From NCBI GenBank assembly GCA_963765495.1, contig CAVXWP010000009.1:480001-544000 (forward strand): DNA of 64,000 nucleotides. Reading direction: 5' to 3'. Below the pieces are notes generated by a model. It did no database searches, was not told the origin of the DNA, and saw nothing but the letters and a program-made list of their open reading frames with translations. Below, one piece after another: positions 51,414 through 60,984 of this stretch; position 1 is the stretch's first letter, and the number at the start of each line of letters is the position of its first letter. A program made the position numbers and the translations under genes. Origin of the DNA: Blastocatellia bacterium (lineage in GTDB: Bacteria; Acidobacteriota; Blastocatellia; UBA7656).

Positions 51414-51962
51414 ATGAACCAGCAAGATCGAGAGAGCAAAACCGTTGCGCCCGATGGTCGGCCCGATGCGGATCAACCGCGCTGGCGCAGGGATTTCCCC
51501 ATAGACTGGCCCGAGGATCATTACATCGCCCGGCGAGACTTCACAAAATTTATGGTGCTGACCAGTCTGGCATTCGTGGTGGGGCAGTTCTGTATAGCGT
51601 TTCAGAATATCTTTCGCAAGCGACGCGGGGAGCCCGCCATTCGCCGGATCGCAGACGCCAAACAGATAGCCACAGGCGAAGCGGTCAGCTTCGCCTATCC
51701 CGAAGAGCACAACAGATGCCTGCTCGTGCGAACGGGTGAAAACACCTTTGTGGCCTACAGCCAGGAATGCACTCATCTGTCGTGCGCCGTAGTGCCGGAA
51801 GTGGAACGGGGCCATTTCAAATGCCCGTGTCACGAGGGCTATTTCGACCTGGCGACGGGGCGGCCCCTGGCAGGGCCTCCGCGAAGACCGCTCAAACGAA
51901 TCACACTCGAAATCAACGGGAATACGATTTACGCCACGGGAGTCGAAACGAGAACGTTATGA
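51414..51962 (+). CDS. Membrane-anchored Rieske 2Fe-2S protein
   Basis: CTHLSC and CPCHEG boxes, GPPRRPL, and RRDF before a hydrophobic helix. Confidence 0.9.
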   Translation: MNQQDRESKTVAPDGRPDADQPRWRRDFPIDWPEDHYIARRDFTKFMVLTSLAFVVGQFCIAFQNIFRKRRGEPAIRRIADAKQIATGEAVSFAYPEEHNRCLLVRTGENTFVAYSQECTHLSCAVVPEVERGHFKCPCHEGYFDLATGRPLAGPPRRPLKRITLEINGNTIYATGVETRTL

Positions 51963-52183
51963 AAAAACGGTTCACACGCGAGCAACGGACTACGATAGTC
52001 TACGGCATCCTGTGCATTGTCCTGATAATAGTCCTGCTCCAGTTGTGGTTGCTTGCGGCCACGATGAACGCGTATCTGGGCGGGGACGAGTCGGTTATCT
52101 GGCCCGCGGCGTTTGCGAGCCTCATCTGCCTGGGATTGAATCTGGGGTTGCTTAAATACCTTTATAATATGGAGAAATCATAA
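51959..52183 (+). CDS. Small 2-TM membrane protein (DUF6755-like)
   Basis: [46 protein letters not shown] and TAATG coupling to its neighbours. Confidence 0.75.
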   Translation: MKKRFTREQRTTIVYGILCIVLIIVLLQLWLLAATMNAYLGGDESVIWPAAFASLICLGLNLGLLKYLYNMEKS

Positions 52184-53373
52184 TGCAGGAGAATATGAGC
52201 GAGTATGCCCCCTCGGGCAATACTCTACAATTGATGCTGGCAACGGGAGCCTTCGCGGTCTGCTTTGCCATATTTGGCTCGGTTTCGGCGATGATGCCGA
52301 TACTTCGCAAAAACCTCTCGCTCTCTCCAATCGAAGTAAGCATAGCAATAGCGCTTCCGGTCCTGCTCGGCAGCCTGGGGCGAATCCCGCTTGGGATGCT
52401 GACGGATCGTTACGGAGGACGCGTGATCTTTTCTATAGTGATGATCCTGTCGGTCATACCGGCGATGTTGATGGGATGGGTCTCGAATTACTGGCAGCTT
52501 TTGACATGCGGATTGTTTATAGGCATTGCGCTTGCCAGCTTCGCAGTCGGGGTCGGTTTTACATCGGGCTGGTACCCCCCCGAAAGGCAGGGCATGGCAC
52601 TGGGCGTTTACGGCGCAGGCAATGCCGGGCAATCGCTTGCGGCATTCGGCTCGCCCGTTCTTGCTGCCGCGCTCGGTTACAGGTGGGGTTTTTGGACTTT
52701 CGGAATACTTACAATGATCTGGCTGATACTGTTCTGGCTCAAGGCACGAAACGCGCCGCGCAAAGGCCCGCCCAAGACGCTCTCCGATTTGATAAAGCCC
52801 TTGCGCGAGCGGATGAGCTGGGTACTGAGCCTCTATTATTTTTTGACCTTCGGCGGGTTTGTCGCCATGAGCATATACCTGCCGACATTCCTGACTGAGA
52901 TGTTCAACCTTTCACCGCAAGACGCGGGTTTCCGCACTGCCGGTTTTGTGGTGCTTGCGACCGCGATGAGGCCCGCAGGCGGTCTGCTCGCAGATCGCGT
53001 AGGCGGTCGCACAATCCTGCTGTGGGTTTTTCCTTTGACGGCAATGATGGCAGTCTTTATGGCCTGTCCGTTGATGTCTACCTTCACAATCGGCGCTCTG
53101 GGGATGGCGGCGGCAATCGGGCTGGGAAACGGCGCGGTCTTCAAGCTGGTTCCCGAATACTTCCCGCATTCGGTAGGCAGCGTAACAGGGCTTGTGGGGG
53201 CATCAGGCGGGCTGGGAGGCTTCTTCCCTCCCCTCGTAGTCGGCAGCGTTCGACAGGTCACAGGAGAGTTCACCTGGGGATTTATACTCCTGGCACTGTT
53301 TGCCTCCATCTGCTGGGTCATAGCTCAAAAGATCACCTCCCCCCCGGCGAGTTATACGGTCGCGGCTGTTTAG
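52183..53373 (+). CDS. NarK/NasA family nitrate/nitrite MFS transporter
   Basis: [49 protein letters not shown] and GGLGGFFPP. Confidence 0.9.
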   Translation: MQENMSEYAPSGNTLQLMLATGAFAVCFAIFGSVSAMMPILRKNLSLSPIEVSIAIALPVLLGSLGRIPLGMLTDRYGGRVIFSIVMILSVIPAMLMGWVSNYWQLLTCGLFIGIALASFAVGVGFTSGWYPPERQGMALGVYGAGNAGQSLAAFGSPVLAAALGYRWGFWTFGILTMIWLILFWLKARNAPRKGPPKTLSDLIKPLRERMSWVLSLYYFLTFGGFVAMSIYLPTFLTEMFNLSPQDAGFRTAGFVVLATAMRPAGGLLADRVGGRTILLWVFPLTAMMAVFMACPLMSTFTIGALGMAAAIGLGNGAVFKLVPEYFPHSVGSVTGLVGASGGLGGFFPPLVVGSVRQVTGEFTWGFILLALFASICWVIAQKITSPPASYTVAAV

Positions 53374-53404
53374 AAGACCCGAGAAATCAGGACAGGGGAT
53401 CGAT

Positions 53405-53902
53405 ATGAAATCGTCCAGACGCCACGATAGCTTGATTCCTCTTTCACGCGAGCATCAATACGCGCTGCTCTTATGCCTGCGGATTCATCGTGGTATCCCC
53501 GCCCATCGAAACGATCCCGACTGGCTCGGAAGGAAGGCCTCGGACGCAATACGGTTTTTCGAGAGCGACCTCACGCCTCATTTCAAGGCAGAAGAAGAGA
53601 TACTGTTTCCGGTCATGCGAAGACTCACAAACACCAGGGGAATCATAGAAGAGCTACTCGCCGAGCATCGAAAGATCGAATGCCTGATTGACAGACTGCG
53701 CCACGCCGATGCTGAATCGATTCCTCTCGCGCTCAAAGAATTCGCCGACACGCTTGAGGCGCACGCCAGGAAAGAGGAGCGGCAACTTTTTCCAATCTAC
53801 GAAGAGCAAGCGACCCTGGAAATCACCACCAGTGTCGAGCGCCAAATCCTGAATGCGATTGGAGACGCGCGCAAACCTCGCCACCCGGAATTGCTGGAAT
53901 AG
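53405..53902 (+). CDS. Hemerythrin-like domain protein
   Basis: LSREH, HFKAEEEILFP, EH and HARKEERQLFP. Confidence 0.85.
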   Translation: MKSSRRHDSLIPLSREHQYALLLCLRIHRGIPAHRNDPDWLGRKASDAIRFFESDLTPHFKAEEEILFPVMRRLTNTRGIIEELLAEHRKIECLIDRLRHADAESIPLALKEFADTLEAHARKEERQLFPIYEEQATLEITTSVERQILNAIGDARKPRHPELLE

Positions 53903-53911
53903 ACAATGCGC

Positions 53912-54631
53912 CTATTCGCCTGCGTAAATCTCAAGAGCTTCTTCGTCCGAGATGGTTATACGGCGGCCGTCTGCGCGGATAAGCTCGTTTTGCTGTAAGC
54001 GCCCGAACGCGCGCGAAACGACTTCTCGCACCGAGCCGATGCGCGAAGCTATCTGCTGGTGAGTCAGGACCATATCCACTGCGAGGCCGTCGGGTGTGAG
54101 CGAACCCCGCTGTCGCGCTTCCGAAAGGATCAATCGCGCCAGACGCTGATCAACCTCGTGGAGCGATAATGCTTCGATGAGCGCAGCCGAACGCCGCAAT
54201 CGTCCCGCGAGCACCTTGAGCGCGGCAAGCGCTATCTGCGGGCGTTCCAGACAGAGCCGCCGCACGTCGCGCTTATCTATATAAAGCAGAGTGGAATCCT
54301 CCTCGGCTGCAACCGTAGAAGGATAAGTGCCGTCATCAAAGACAGGCACTTCGGCTATGGTTGCCCCGGCGCGTTCGACGTGGATGACCTGCTCGCGCCC
54401 TTCGAGGCTCTCGCGGAAGGCCCGCACCGCGCCCGATACAACCACGTATAATCCGCGTGCCTCTTCGCCTGCTAAAAACAGTATCTCTCCGCGAGACAGG
54501 GTGTGCTCGACAGCACGGTCGGCAAGCACCCGAACCTCCCCCTCTTCAAGAGCGCCAAAAAGAGTCGTGGCCTTGAGCGCAGCAATTTTATTCGCAGCAA
54601 TGTTATTCGCAGCAATTTTATCTGTTGCCAT
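53912..54631 (-). CDS. Crp/Fnr family regulator (no Fe-S Cys cluster; Dnr/HcpR-like)
   Basis: cNMP-binding domain and HTH LTHQQIASRIGSVREVVSR. Confidence 0.9.
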   Translation of the reverse strand: MATDKIAANNIAANKIAALKATTLFGALEEGEVRVLADRAVEHTLSRGEILFLAGEEARGLYVVVSGAVRAFRESLEGREQVIHVERAGATIAEVPVFDDGTYPSTVAAEEDSTLLYIDKRDVRRLCLERPQIALAALKVLAGRLRRSAALIEALSLHEVDQRLARLILSEARQRGSLTPDGLAVDMVLTHQQIASRIGSVREVVSRAFGRLQQNELIRADGRRITISDEEALEIYAGE

Positions 54632-54692
54632 ACTCAGGTATGATCGCGCTTGATTGGGTTTCCTTCAAGCTCGCGGAGAATTTGCAACTGTA

Positions 54693-54733
54693 TGACTTAA
54701 GTCACCGCCTGCTCCGGCAATCGAGGCTAAACT
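54693..54733 (+). promoter_or_regulatory. Crp/Fnr-family class II promoter of ric
   Basis: TGAC-TTAA-GTCA (54693-54704) centred 29.5 bp before TAAACT (54728-54733). Confidence 0.7.
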
Positions 54734-54773
54734 CAGAAATCGAGAGAAGGTCAAATTGATCGGAGGAATTTAT

Positions 54774-55499
54774 ATGTCTATCATTGCAACAAGAACCGTA
54801 GGCGATCTGGCAGTCGAGATGCCGAGCGCGGCCCGTGTATTTGAAAAGGTGGGAATAGACTATTGCTGCGGCGGCGGCAAGTCTCTTGCAGAAGCATGCC
54901 TCGGCGCCGGCATTTCCCTGGAGGATATCACTCGCTCGCTTGAGCAGACCGGCGATGCAGAAGCCGATACGAACGTGTCTGTCAGGTGGCAGACAGAACC
55001 GCTCAGCCAGCTGACATCCTTCATCGTAAACAAACACCATGTTTTCACAAGAGAAGAACTGGATCGTCTCGAAAATTTGTTAAGCAAAGTCTGCTCGGTT
55101 CACAGCCGGAACCACCCTGAACTGCTGCGCGTGCAGGCATTCTTCCGCGAGCTGAAGCAGGATTTGCTTCCGCATATGCTAAAAGAAGAGCAGGTGCTCT
55201 TTCCCTATATCGAGCAGATGGAAGCAGCCCGGGCCAGCCACACGCCCGCTCCGACTCCTTTTTTTGGAACCGTGCAAAACCCTGTTCGAATGATGATGAC
55301 CGAGCACGACAGCGCAGGAGAGATACTCAGACAACTCCGTGAAATAAGCGAGAATTTCACCGCGCCGGTGGATGCCTGTATAAGCTATAAGACACTCTAT
55401 AATGCGCTCGAAGAACTGGAGCGGGACCTGCACCAACATATTCACCTGGAAAATAACATCCTGTTTCCTCGCGCTATAGAGATGGAAAAGGATGTATAG
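54774..55499 (+). CDS. ric: Iron-sulfur cluster repair di-iron protein (Ric/YtfE/ScdA)
   Basis: GIDYCCGG, KHH, HMLKEEQVLFP, MMMTEHD and HIHLENNILFP. Confidence 0.95.
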   Translation: MSIIATRTVGDLAVEMPSAARVFEKVGIDYCCGGGKSLAEACLGAGISLEDITRSLEQTGDAEADTNVSVRWQTEPLSQLTSFIVNKHHVFTREELDRLENLLSKVCSVHSRNHPELLRVQAFFRELKQDLLPHMLKEEQVLFPYIEQMEAARASHTPAPTPFFGTVQNPVRMMMTEHDSAGEILRQLREISENFTAPVDACISYKTLYNALEELERDLHQHIHLENNILFPRAIEMEKDV

Positions 55500-55722
55500 C
55501 CGGGCAAAGACAGCCAGAGGGCCTGCCAATCAATAGATGAGCGAGGCAAGATAGGCAAAGCTTTTTCACTAGTCAATCAGCGGTTTTCTTTGATCTCGCA
55601 GGTCAATTTAAGAATCAAATCACCCTGGCGCGGCCTATCCGGGTGGTACTATCTATGCTGTCCATGTTTTCAGATTCGATTCTACTCAGTTATACTCAAT
55701 CAAGAAGTTGAGTATCTGAATT

Positions 55723-56784
55723 ATGGTCAAAGCAAAAGAATTTACGCTCAGATTTGCTTGCGCGACTGTCGTAGCGCTTTTTGTAATTGGTGCCGCCGAG
55801 GCGCAGAGCGGGCGCAGGTTGCCTACTACCTCGCCGCAGGATCAGGACAAACCTCTCAGGCTGCGTGCCGAAGAGGTTCTGTTGAACGTGACCGTCACAG
55901 ACCCTTATGGCCGCCAGGCTACCGACCTCGGCAAAGACGAGTTCATCATAGCCGAAGACGGAAAACGACAGGACATGTCCAGCTTCGCATTGAGCAGTGT
56001 GCCGATAAACGTAGTCCTCCTGCTCGATGCTTCCGGGTCGGTCGTGGGCGAAATCTCATCGCTCAGAAACGCGGCCATGAAATTCGTGGAAAAACTCGGA
56101 CCCGAAGATAAGGTATCCGTCATCGAATTTCATACCAAAGTGGAGTTGATACAGGACTGGACTTCGAGCGCCGACGATCTGCGCCACGCCATCACATGGC
56201 GATTCAGACCCGGCACTACGCGCACACAGGAGGGCACACTGCTTCCCGGCACCACCTCTTTATATGATGCCCTCTATCTGGCAACCAACGATCAGCTTTC
56301 AAAGGTCGAGGGCCGCAAGGCGATCATAATGCTCACGGATGGCGACGACACTTCGAGCAAGGTGACATACAATCAGGCACTCTCGTCCATCGTAAAATCG
56401 GGGGCTACGGTTTATGTAGTCAGCAAGGCCCGCGCATTTCTCGCTCAGATTGACAGGTATCGCGGCAGGCTTGGGCGAGTGCTTGGCGGTGGAACCGCGC
56501 AACAGGCGGACATCATCGCGGCAAGACTTGAGAACGCCGAGCGACTGATGACCGACATCGCAAAGCGCACAGGCGGTCGCATCTTCTCACCACTCGAAGA
56601 CAAGGATATGGAAGACGTATACACAGACGTGGCCCGCGAGTTGAAGAATCAATACATCATCACCTACATCCCCACAAACGAGGATCGCAACGGGGCGCTG
56701 CGCCACATCAACCTCTACCTTACACGACCGGGCTACTCCGCTCGCACACGCGATAGCTACTACGCGCCAAGAGAGGAAAATTAG
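55723..56784 (+). CDS. Secreted VWA domain protein (acidobacterial VWFA-related type)
   Basis: Signal peptide, VTVTD, LLDASGS MIDAS, TSLYDA, LTDGDD, TGGR and ELKNQY. Confidence 0.88.
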   Translation: MVKAKEFTLRFACATVVALFVIGAAEAQSGRRLPTTSPQDQDKPLRLRAEEVLLNVTVTDPYGRQATDLGKDEFIIAEDGKRQDMSSFALSSVPINVVLLLDASGSVVGEISSLRNAAMKFVEKLGPEDKVSVIEFHTKVELIQDWTSSADDLRHAITWRFRPGTTRTQEGTLLPGTTSLYDALYLATNDQLSKVEGRKAIIMLTDGDDTSSKVTYNQALSSIVKSGATVYVVSKARAFLAQIDRYRGRLGRVLGGGTAQQADIIAARLENAERLMTDIAKRTGGRIFSPLEDKDMEDVYTDVARELKNQYIITYIPTNEDRNGALRHINLYLTRPGYSARTRDSYYAPREEN

Positions 56785-56902
56785 TATGCAGTAGGCAGTA
56801 GGCAGTTGATACTGAACTGACGACCACCGCTAAAGAGAACACGGCGTATGCATATGAATAGGTGGCACCCAACTCCGTTACTGCATACTGCATACTGCCT
56901 AC
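56783..56902. repeat. Hairpin element with (GCAGTAG)n/(ATACTGC)n arms, copy 2
   Basis: agtatgcagtaggcagtaggcag...tactgcatactgcatactgcctac. The spacer is similar to that of the 33211 copy. Confidence 0.85.
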
Positions 56903-57594
56903 TTCTTCTTTTTCGGCTTATCTTCGTCGGATTTCTTTGATGGAGCCTTTCTGGTGGCCGGCTTTTTTGCCGTTACTTCTTTAGCGGAATCCTCTTTCGC
57001 GGTCGCGGTTTTCTTTGTCGATTTTCTGGTTGTGGCCTTCTTAGGCTCGGAATCTTTCACCTCAACTCTGGGTTTGCGCGCAGCGGTCTTCCTGGCGGCC
57101 TTTTTTTCCTTTGGCGCTTCCGGCGAAATATCCGGCGCGCGTTCGGCGCTTTCAGGCTCCGTGGCAGACCACGCCCCCAGTTCCGATTGCGACCGGGCGC
57201 GCTCGGCAGCCGTGAGCGCGCCCGAAGCTTCGGGGCGCTCGGCAATCTCGGGCGTCGTGCGAGGCTCGAAGGAACGAGGCCCTTCGCCCTGTTCGTCTAT
57301 GCTTACCGAGCCCGTCGGTGGAGCCTCTTCGCGTGATGAAGGCCGAGACTCTTTTTTCAGGGCAGCTTCGCTTGCTTGATGAGCCTGACGCGCCTCTTCT
57401 TCGGCGCGGCGAGACTCCTCCACGATCAGGAAGCTCAGGATTTCATGTTCGGCGCGAAACCAGTCTTCGGCTTCGCTGCCCGGCTCGCCGCCGCGCCTCT
57501 GGTAAATTTCGTAGGCACGCATCGCTATCATGTCTCGCACCTGTGAATCGGCGAGCAATCTCTGGCGCAGTTCTTCTATGCTTTCTCTATTCAT
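56899..57594 (-). CDS. DUF2934 domain protein with Lys/Ala-rich (histone H1-like) tail
   Basis: IAMRAYEIYQRRGGEPGSEAEDWFRAE, plus C-terminal KKAARKTAARK...KKATTRKSTKK. Confidence 0.78.
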   Translation of the reverse strand: MNRESIEELRQRLLADSQVRDMIAMRAYEIYQRRGGEPGSEAEDWFRAEHEILSFLIVEESRRAEEEARQAHQASEAALKKESRPSSREEAPPTGSVSIDEQGEGPRSFEPRTTPEIAERPEASGALTAAERARSQSELGAWSATEPESAERAPDISPEAPKEKKAARKTAARKPRVEVKDSEPKKATTRKSTKKTATAKEDSAKEVTAKKPATRKAPSKKSDEDKPKKKK

Positions 57595-57667
57595 TGTTTT
57601 TTCCTCATATAATGAAAAGGTGTCCAGCCGATCAAACCAACCGGCTCGCTATAAAATGGATATGTAT

Positions 57668-59194
57668 TTACTCACGCTCTCCCGGCCTTTGAGCGTCGTC
57701 GCCGGTCTTCGGTCTCCACCTGAGAACGGGCTTGCGCGCAGCGGCGACCTCGTCGAGCCTTCCTACTTTCGTAGTGTGCGGAGCATGCTTGAGTAATTCG
57801 GCATCCTCTCGAGCTTCGTCATTTATAGACCGCATCGCATCTATAAACAGATCGAGTTCCTCGCGGCTTTCTGTTTCGGTAGGTTCAACCATGATAGCTC
57901 CCTGAATGATCAGAGGAAACGACATGGTCGGCGGGTAAAATCCGTAATCAATCAAACGCTTGGCTATGTCGGCATTTCTTACATTGAACTTTGCCTGCTT
58001 CTTGTCGGAAAAGACAACTTCGTGCATGACGCGGCCCGGATACGGGATGTCGTAAACCTCTTTCAGATGATGCGCGATGTAATTGGCATTGAGCACAGCC
58101 GTCTCGGTCGCTTCGCGCAATCCATTGTCCCCGTGGGTCAGGATGTAGCCGAGCGCGCGGACCAGCACTCCAAAGTTTCCGAAGTAGGCCCTCACACGCC
58201 CGATTGATTTCGGGCGGTCGAAATCGAGCGTGAGCCCTTCGTCTGTGCGCGCCAGCCTCGGATAAGGCAGATACGGTTCAAGTTCTTCACACACCCCAAC
58301 GGGACCGGCTCCGGGTCCGCCGCCGCCGTGCGGGGTCGAAAACGTCTTGTGCAGATTCAGGTGCATTACATCCACGCCGAAATCGCCGGGCCGCGCTACG
58401 CCTACGAGCGCGTTCATGTTTGCGCCGTCCATGTAGACCATTCCGCCGCGCTCGTGAACGATGCGGCAGACATCCACTATATTGCGCTCGAATTTGCCGA
58501 GCGTGTTCGGGTTTGTAAGCATCAAGGCGGCCACATCTTCGGTCATCACTTCCTTGAGCGCGTTGACAGAGATTTCGCCCTGCGGGTTTGAGCGAACCGT
58601 CTCAACAGTGTAGCCGCATACGATGGCAGAGGCCGGGTTTGTGCCGTGAGCCGAATCCGGTATCAACACCTTTTTGCGCGCATCGCCCCGCGCAGCAAGA
58701 GCGGCGCGTATCATCATGATTCCGCTCATCTCGCCCTGAGCGCCCGCCGCCGGTTGAAGCGTCACGGCGTGAAGGCCGGTGATTTGAACCAGGCACTCTT
58801 CGAGATGGCGGATTATTTCGAGCGCGCCCTGCGCGAGGGGGGCGGGCGTCAGCGGATGCAAATTGGCAAAGCCTTCGATGCGGGCGAGCCGCTCGTTTAA
58901 GCGCGGGTTGTACTTCATCGTGCACGAACCGAGCGGGTACATTCCGGTATCTACACCGTAATTCCACGTAGAGATTCGCGTGAAGTGGCGAATCACGTCT
59001 ACTTCCGACAATTCCGGCATGCCTTCCAGATCGTCGTCGCGAAGCAGGCGCTCATCTATCATCCCGGTTGTCTGCTCGGGCACATCGAGTGTGGGAAGCG
59101 AATAGCCGATACGCCCGGGACGCGATATTTCAAACAGAAGGTCTTCGTTCTGGACCGTGTGTGTTGTTGCTTTTTTAATCCTGCTTTTTTCCAT
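57668..59194 (-). CDS. gcvPB: Glycine dehydrogenase subunit 2
   Basis: YPLGSCTMKYNP, QPAAGAQGE, SAHGTNPAS and HLNLHKTFSTPHGGGGPG. Confidence 0.95.
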   Translation of the reverse strand: MEKSRIKKATTHTVQNEDLLFEISRPGRIGYSLPTLDVPEQTTGMIDERLLRDDDLEGMPELSEVDVIRHFTRISTWNYGVDTGMYPLGSCTMKYNPRLNERLARIEGFANLHPLTPAPLAQGALEIIRHLEECLVQITGLHAVTLQPAAGAQGEMSGIMMIRAALAARGDARKKVLIPDSAHGTNPASAIVCGYTVETVRSNPQGEISVNALKEVMTEDVAALMLTNPNTLGKFERNIVDVCRIVHERGGMVYMDGANMNALVGVARPGDFGVDVMHLNLHKTFSTPHGGGGPGAGPVGVCEELEPYLPYPRLARTDEGLTLDFDRPKSIGRVRAYFGNFGVLVRALGYILTHGDNGLREATETAVLNANYIAHHLKEVYDIPYPGRVMHEVVFSDKKQAKFNVRNADIAKRLIDYGFYPPTMSFPLIIQGAIMVEPTETESREELDLFIDAMRSINDEAREDAELLKHAPHTTKVGRLDEVAAARKPVLRWRPKTGDDAQRPGERE

Positions 59195-59230
59195 TTGTGA
59201 TTTTCAGAGTCGAGTTTTGAAACCGGCTTT

Positions 59231-60562
59231 TCAGATCTCGGAAAGGGCGGATACCAGATTATCAATAGCCTGTTTCTTTGTGGTTTCCGTGACGCAGACA
59301 AGGAGTGAATCTTTTAGCTCCGGGTAGTAGCATTCGAGCGCGACCCCGCCTATTATCTGCCTGTCAAGCAAAGCCCGTGTCACTTCGACGGCAGGTTTAG
59401 GCATCCTTATCACGAACTCGTTGAAGAACTGCCCGGTATAGCGGAGTTCGAAACCACCTATCTTTATGATTTCGCGTGCGGCGTAATGCGCCTTTTGCAT
59501 ATTCTGGCGAGCGGTTTCCTGAATGCCGCGACGGCCCATCGTGGCCAGATATATCGTAGCCATCAGCGCGAATAATCCCTGATTTGTACAGATGTTGGAA
59601 GTGGCTTTCTCGCGCCGGATGTGCTGCTCGCGGGTCGAAAGCGTCAGAACATATCCGCGACGGCCGTTGTGGTCGTATGCTTCGCCGACGAGGCGACCGG
59701 GAACCTGGCGAATATACTTTTCCAGAGTGGCAAAGAGCCCCAGATACGGGCCTCCGTAACTGAGAGGTATCCCGAAAGACTGGCCTTCGGCTACGACTAT
59801 GTCTGCTCCGCAAGCGCCGGGAGATTTCAAAACGCCGAGGCTCACGGGTTCGCTCATCGAGACAATCAGGAGCGCGCCCGCGCTGTGCGCGGCATCGGCG
59901 AGCGCGGACAGGTCTTCTATACAGCCAAAGAAATTCGGCGATTGCACGACGACTGCGGCGGTCTTGTCGTCTATCTGAAGCGCATTGACATCGAGCGTTC
60001 CGGCCTCCGTGTGACCGGCATAACCAACCTCGATGCCGAGGTGTTTGGTGTAGGCCGCGACGACTTCCCGGTACTGCGGGTGGACCGTATCGGCTATGAT
60101 GAATTTGTCGCGGCGCGTCACGCGATGAGCCATCAGGACGGCCTCGCCCACAGCGGTCGAGCCGTCATAAAGCGAAGCATTTGCTACTTCCATGCCGGTC
60201 AACTGGCAGATCATGGTCTGAAACTCAAATATGTATTGCAGCGTGCCCTGACTCAGTTCCGGCTGATAAGGCGTATAGGCCGTGAAGAACTCCGACCGCG
60301 AAATCAACGAGTCGATGACCACGGGGATGAAATGCGAATACGCGCCCGCGCCAAGAAACGATTGATAATCGGTGCGGTTACGAGCGGCAAGCTGGCGGAA
60401 GTAGGCAAGCAAGTCCGACTCGCTTATGGCCGGACCTACGCCGAGCGGTTCTGCCAGCCTTAGATTTTCGGGGATTTGCTCGAAAAGGTCTTCTATTCGC
60501 TCACAGCCCATCTCTTCGAGCATAGAACGGCGCTCATCGGGCGAGTTGGGAATGTATCTCAT
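59231..60562 (-). CDS. gcvPA: Glycine dehydrogenase subunit 1
   Basis: TAYTPYQPELSQGTLQ, NASLYDG and TREQHIRREKATSNICTNQ. Confidence 0.95.
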   Translation of the reverse strand: MRYIPNSPDERRSMLEEMGCERIEDLFEQIPENLRLAEPLGVGPAISESDLLAYFRQLAARNRTDYQSFLGAGAYSHFIPVVIDSLISRSEFFTAYTPYQPELSQGTLQYIFEFQTMICQLTGMEVANASLYDGSTAVGEAVLMAHRVTRRDKFIIADTVHPQYREVVAAYTKHLGIEVGYAGHTEAGTLDVNALQIDDKTAAVVVQSPNFFGCIEDLSALADAAHSAGALLIVSMSEPVSLGVLKSPGACGADIVVAEGQSFGIPLSYGGPYLGLFATLEKYIRQVPGRLVGEAYDHNGRRGYVLTLSTREQHIRREKATSNICTNQGLFALMATIYLATMGRRGIQETARQNMQKAHYAAREIIKIGGFELRYTGQFFNEFVIRMPKPAVEVTRALLDRQIIGGVALECYYPELKDSLLVCVTETTKKQAIDNLVSALSEI

Positions 60563-60568
60563 CGACCC

Positions 60569-60964
60569 TTACTCCGAGGCTTCTTCTTTGATGTAATCCT
60601 CATACTCGGCGGCGCTCAATAAACCATCCACCTGCGAAGGATTCTCCATCTTAATGGCGATCATCCAGCCTTCGCCGTAAGGGTCTTCGTTGACCCGTTC
60701 GGGCGAATCATTAAGACTTTCATTGACCTCGGTAACAGACCCGCCCAGCGGCATATAAATCTCGCTGACGGCCTTGACGCTCTCAACAGAGCCGAAAGGC
60801 TCGGCGATCTCGAAGCTATCGCCTATCTTTGGCAATTCCACGTAAACCACATCGCCCAACTGGTTCTGAGCGTGATCGGTGATGCCGATTGTAGCCGTGT
60901 CGCCTTTGATGCGAACCCATTCGTGATCCTTTGTATAGCTCAAATCTTCCGGGGTAGTTGCCAT
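60569..60964 (-). CDS. gcvH: Glycine cleavage H protein
   Basis: YTKDHEW, GITDHAQ, ESVKAVS (lipoyl Lys) and DPYGEGW. Confidence 0.96.
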   Translation of the reverse strand: MATTPEDLSYTKDHEWVRIKGDTATIGITDHAQNQLGDVVYVELPKIGDSFEIAEPFGSVESVKAVSEIYMPLGGSVTEVNESLNDSPERVNEDPYGEGWMIAIKMENPSQVDGLLSAAEYEDYIKEEASE

Positions 60965-60984
60965 CTTTACTTACTCTCCATTTT

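Noticed and set aside
48661-51833. Long antisense ORFs (459 aa and 412 aa), and similar ones such as 7995-9101 and 1261-1980
   Set aside because: Shadow frames of well-supported genes in GC-rich DNA, with no recognisable motifs.
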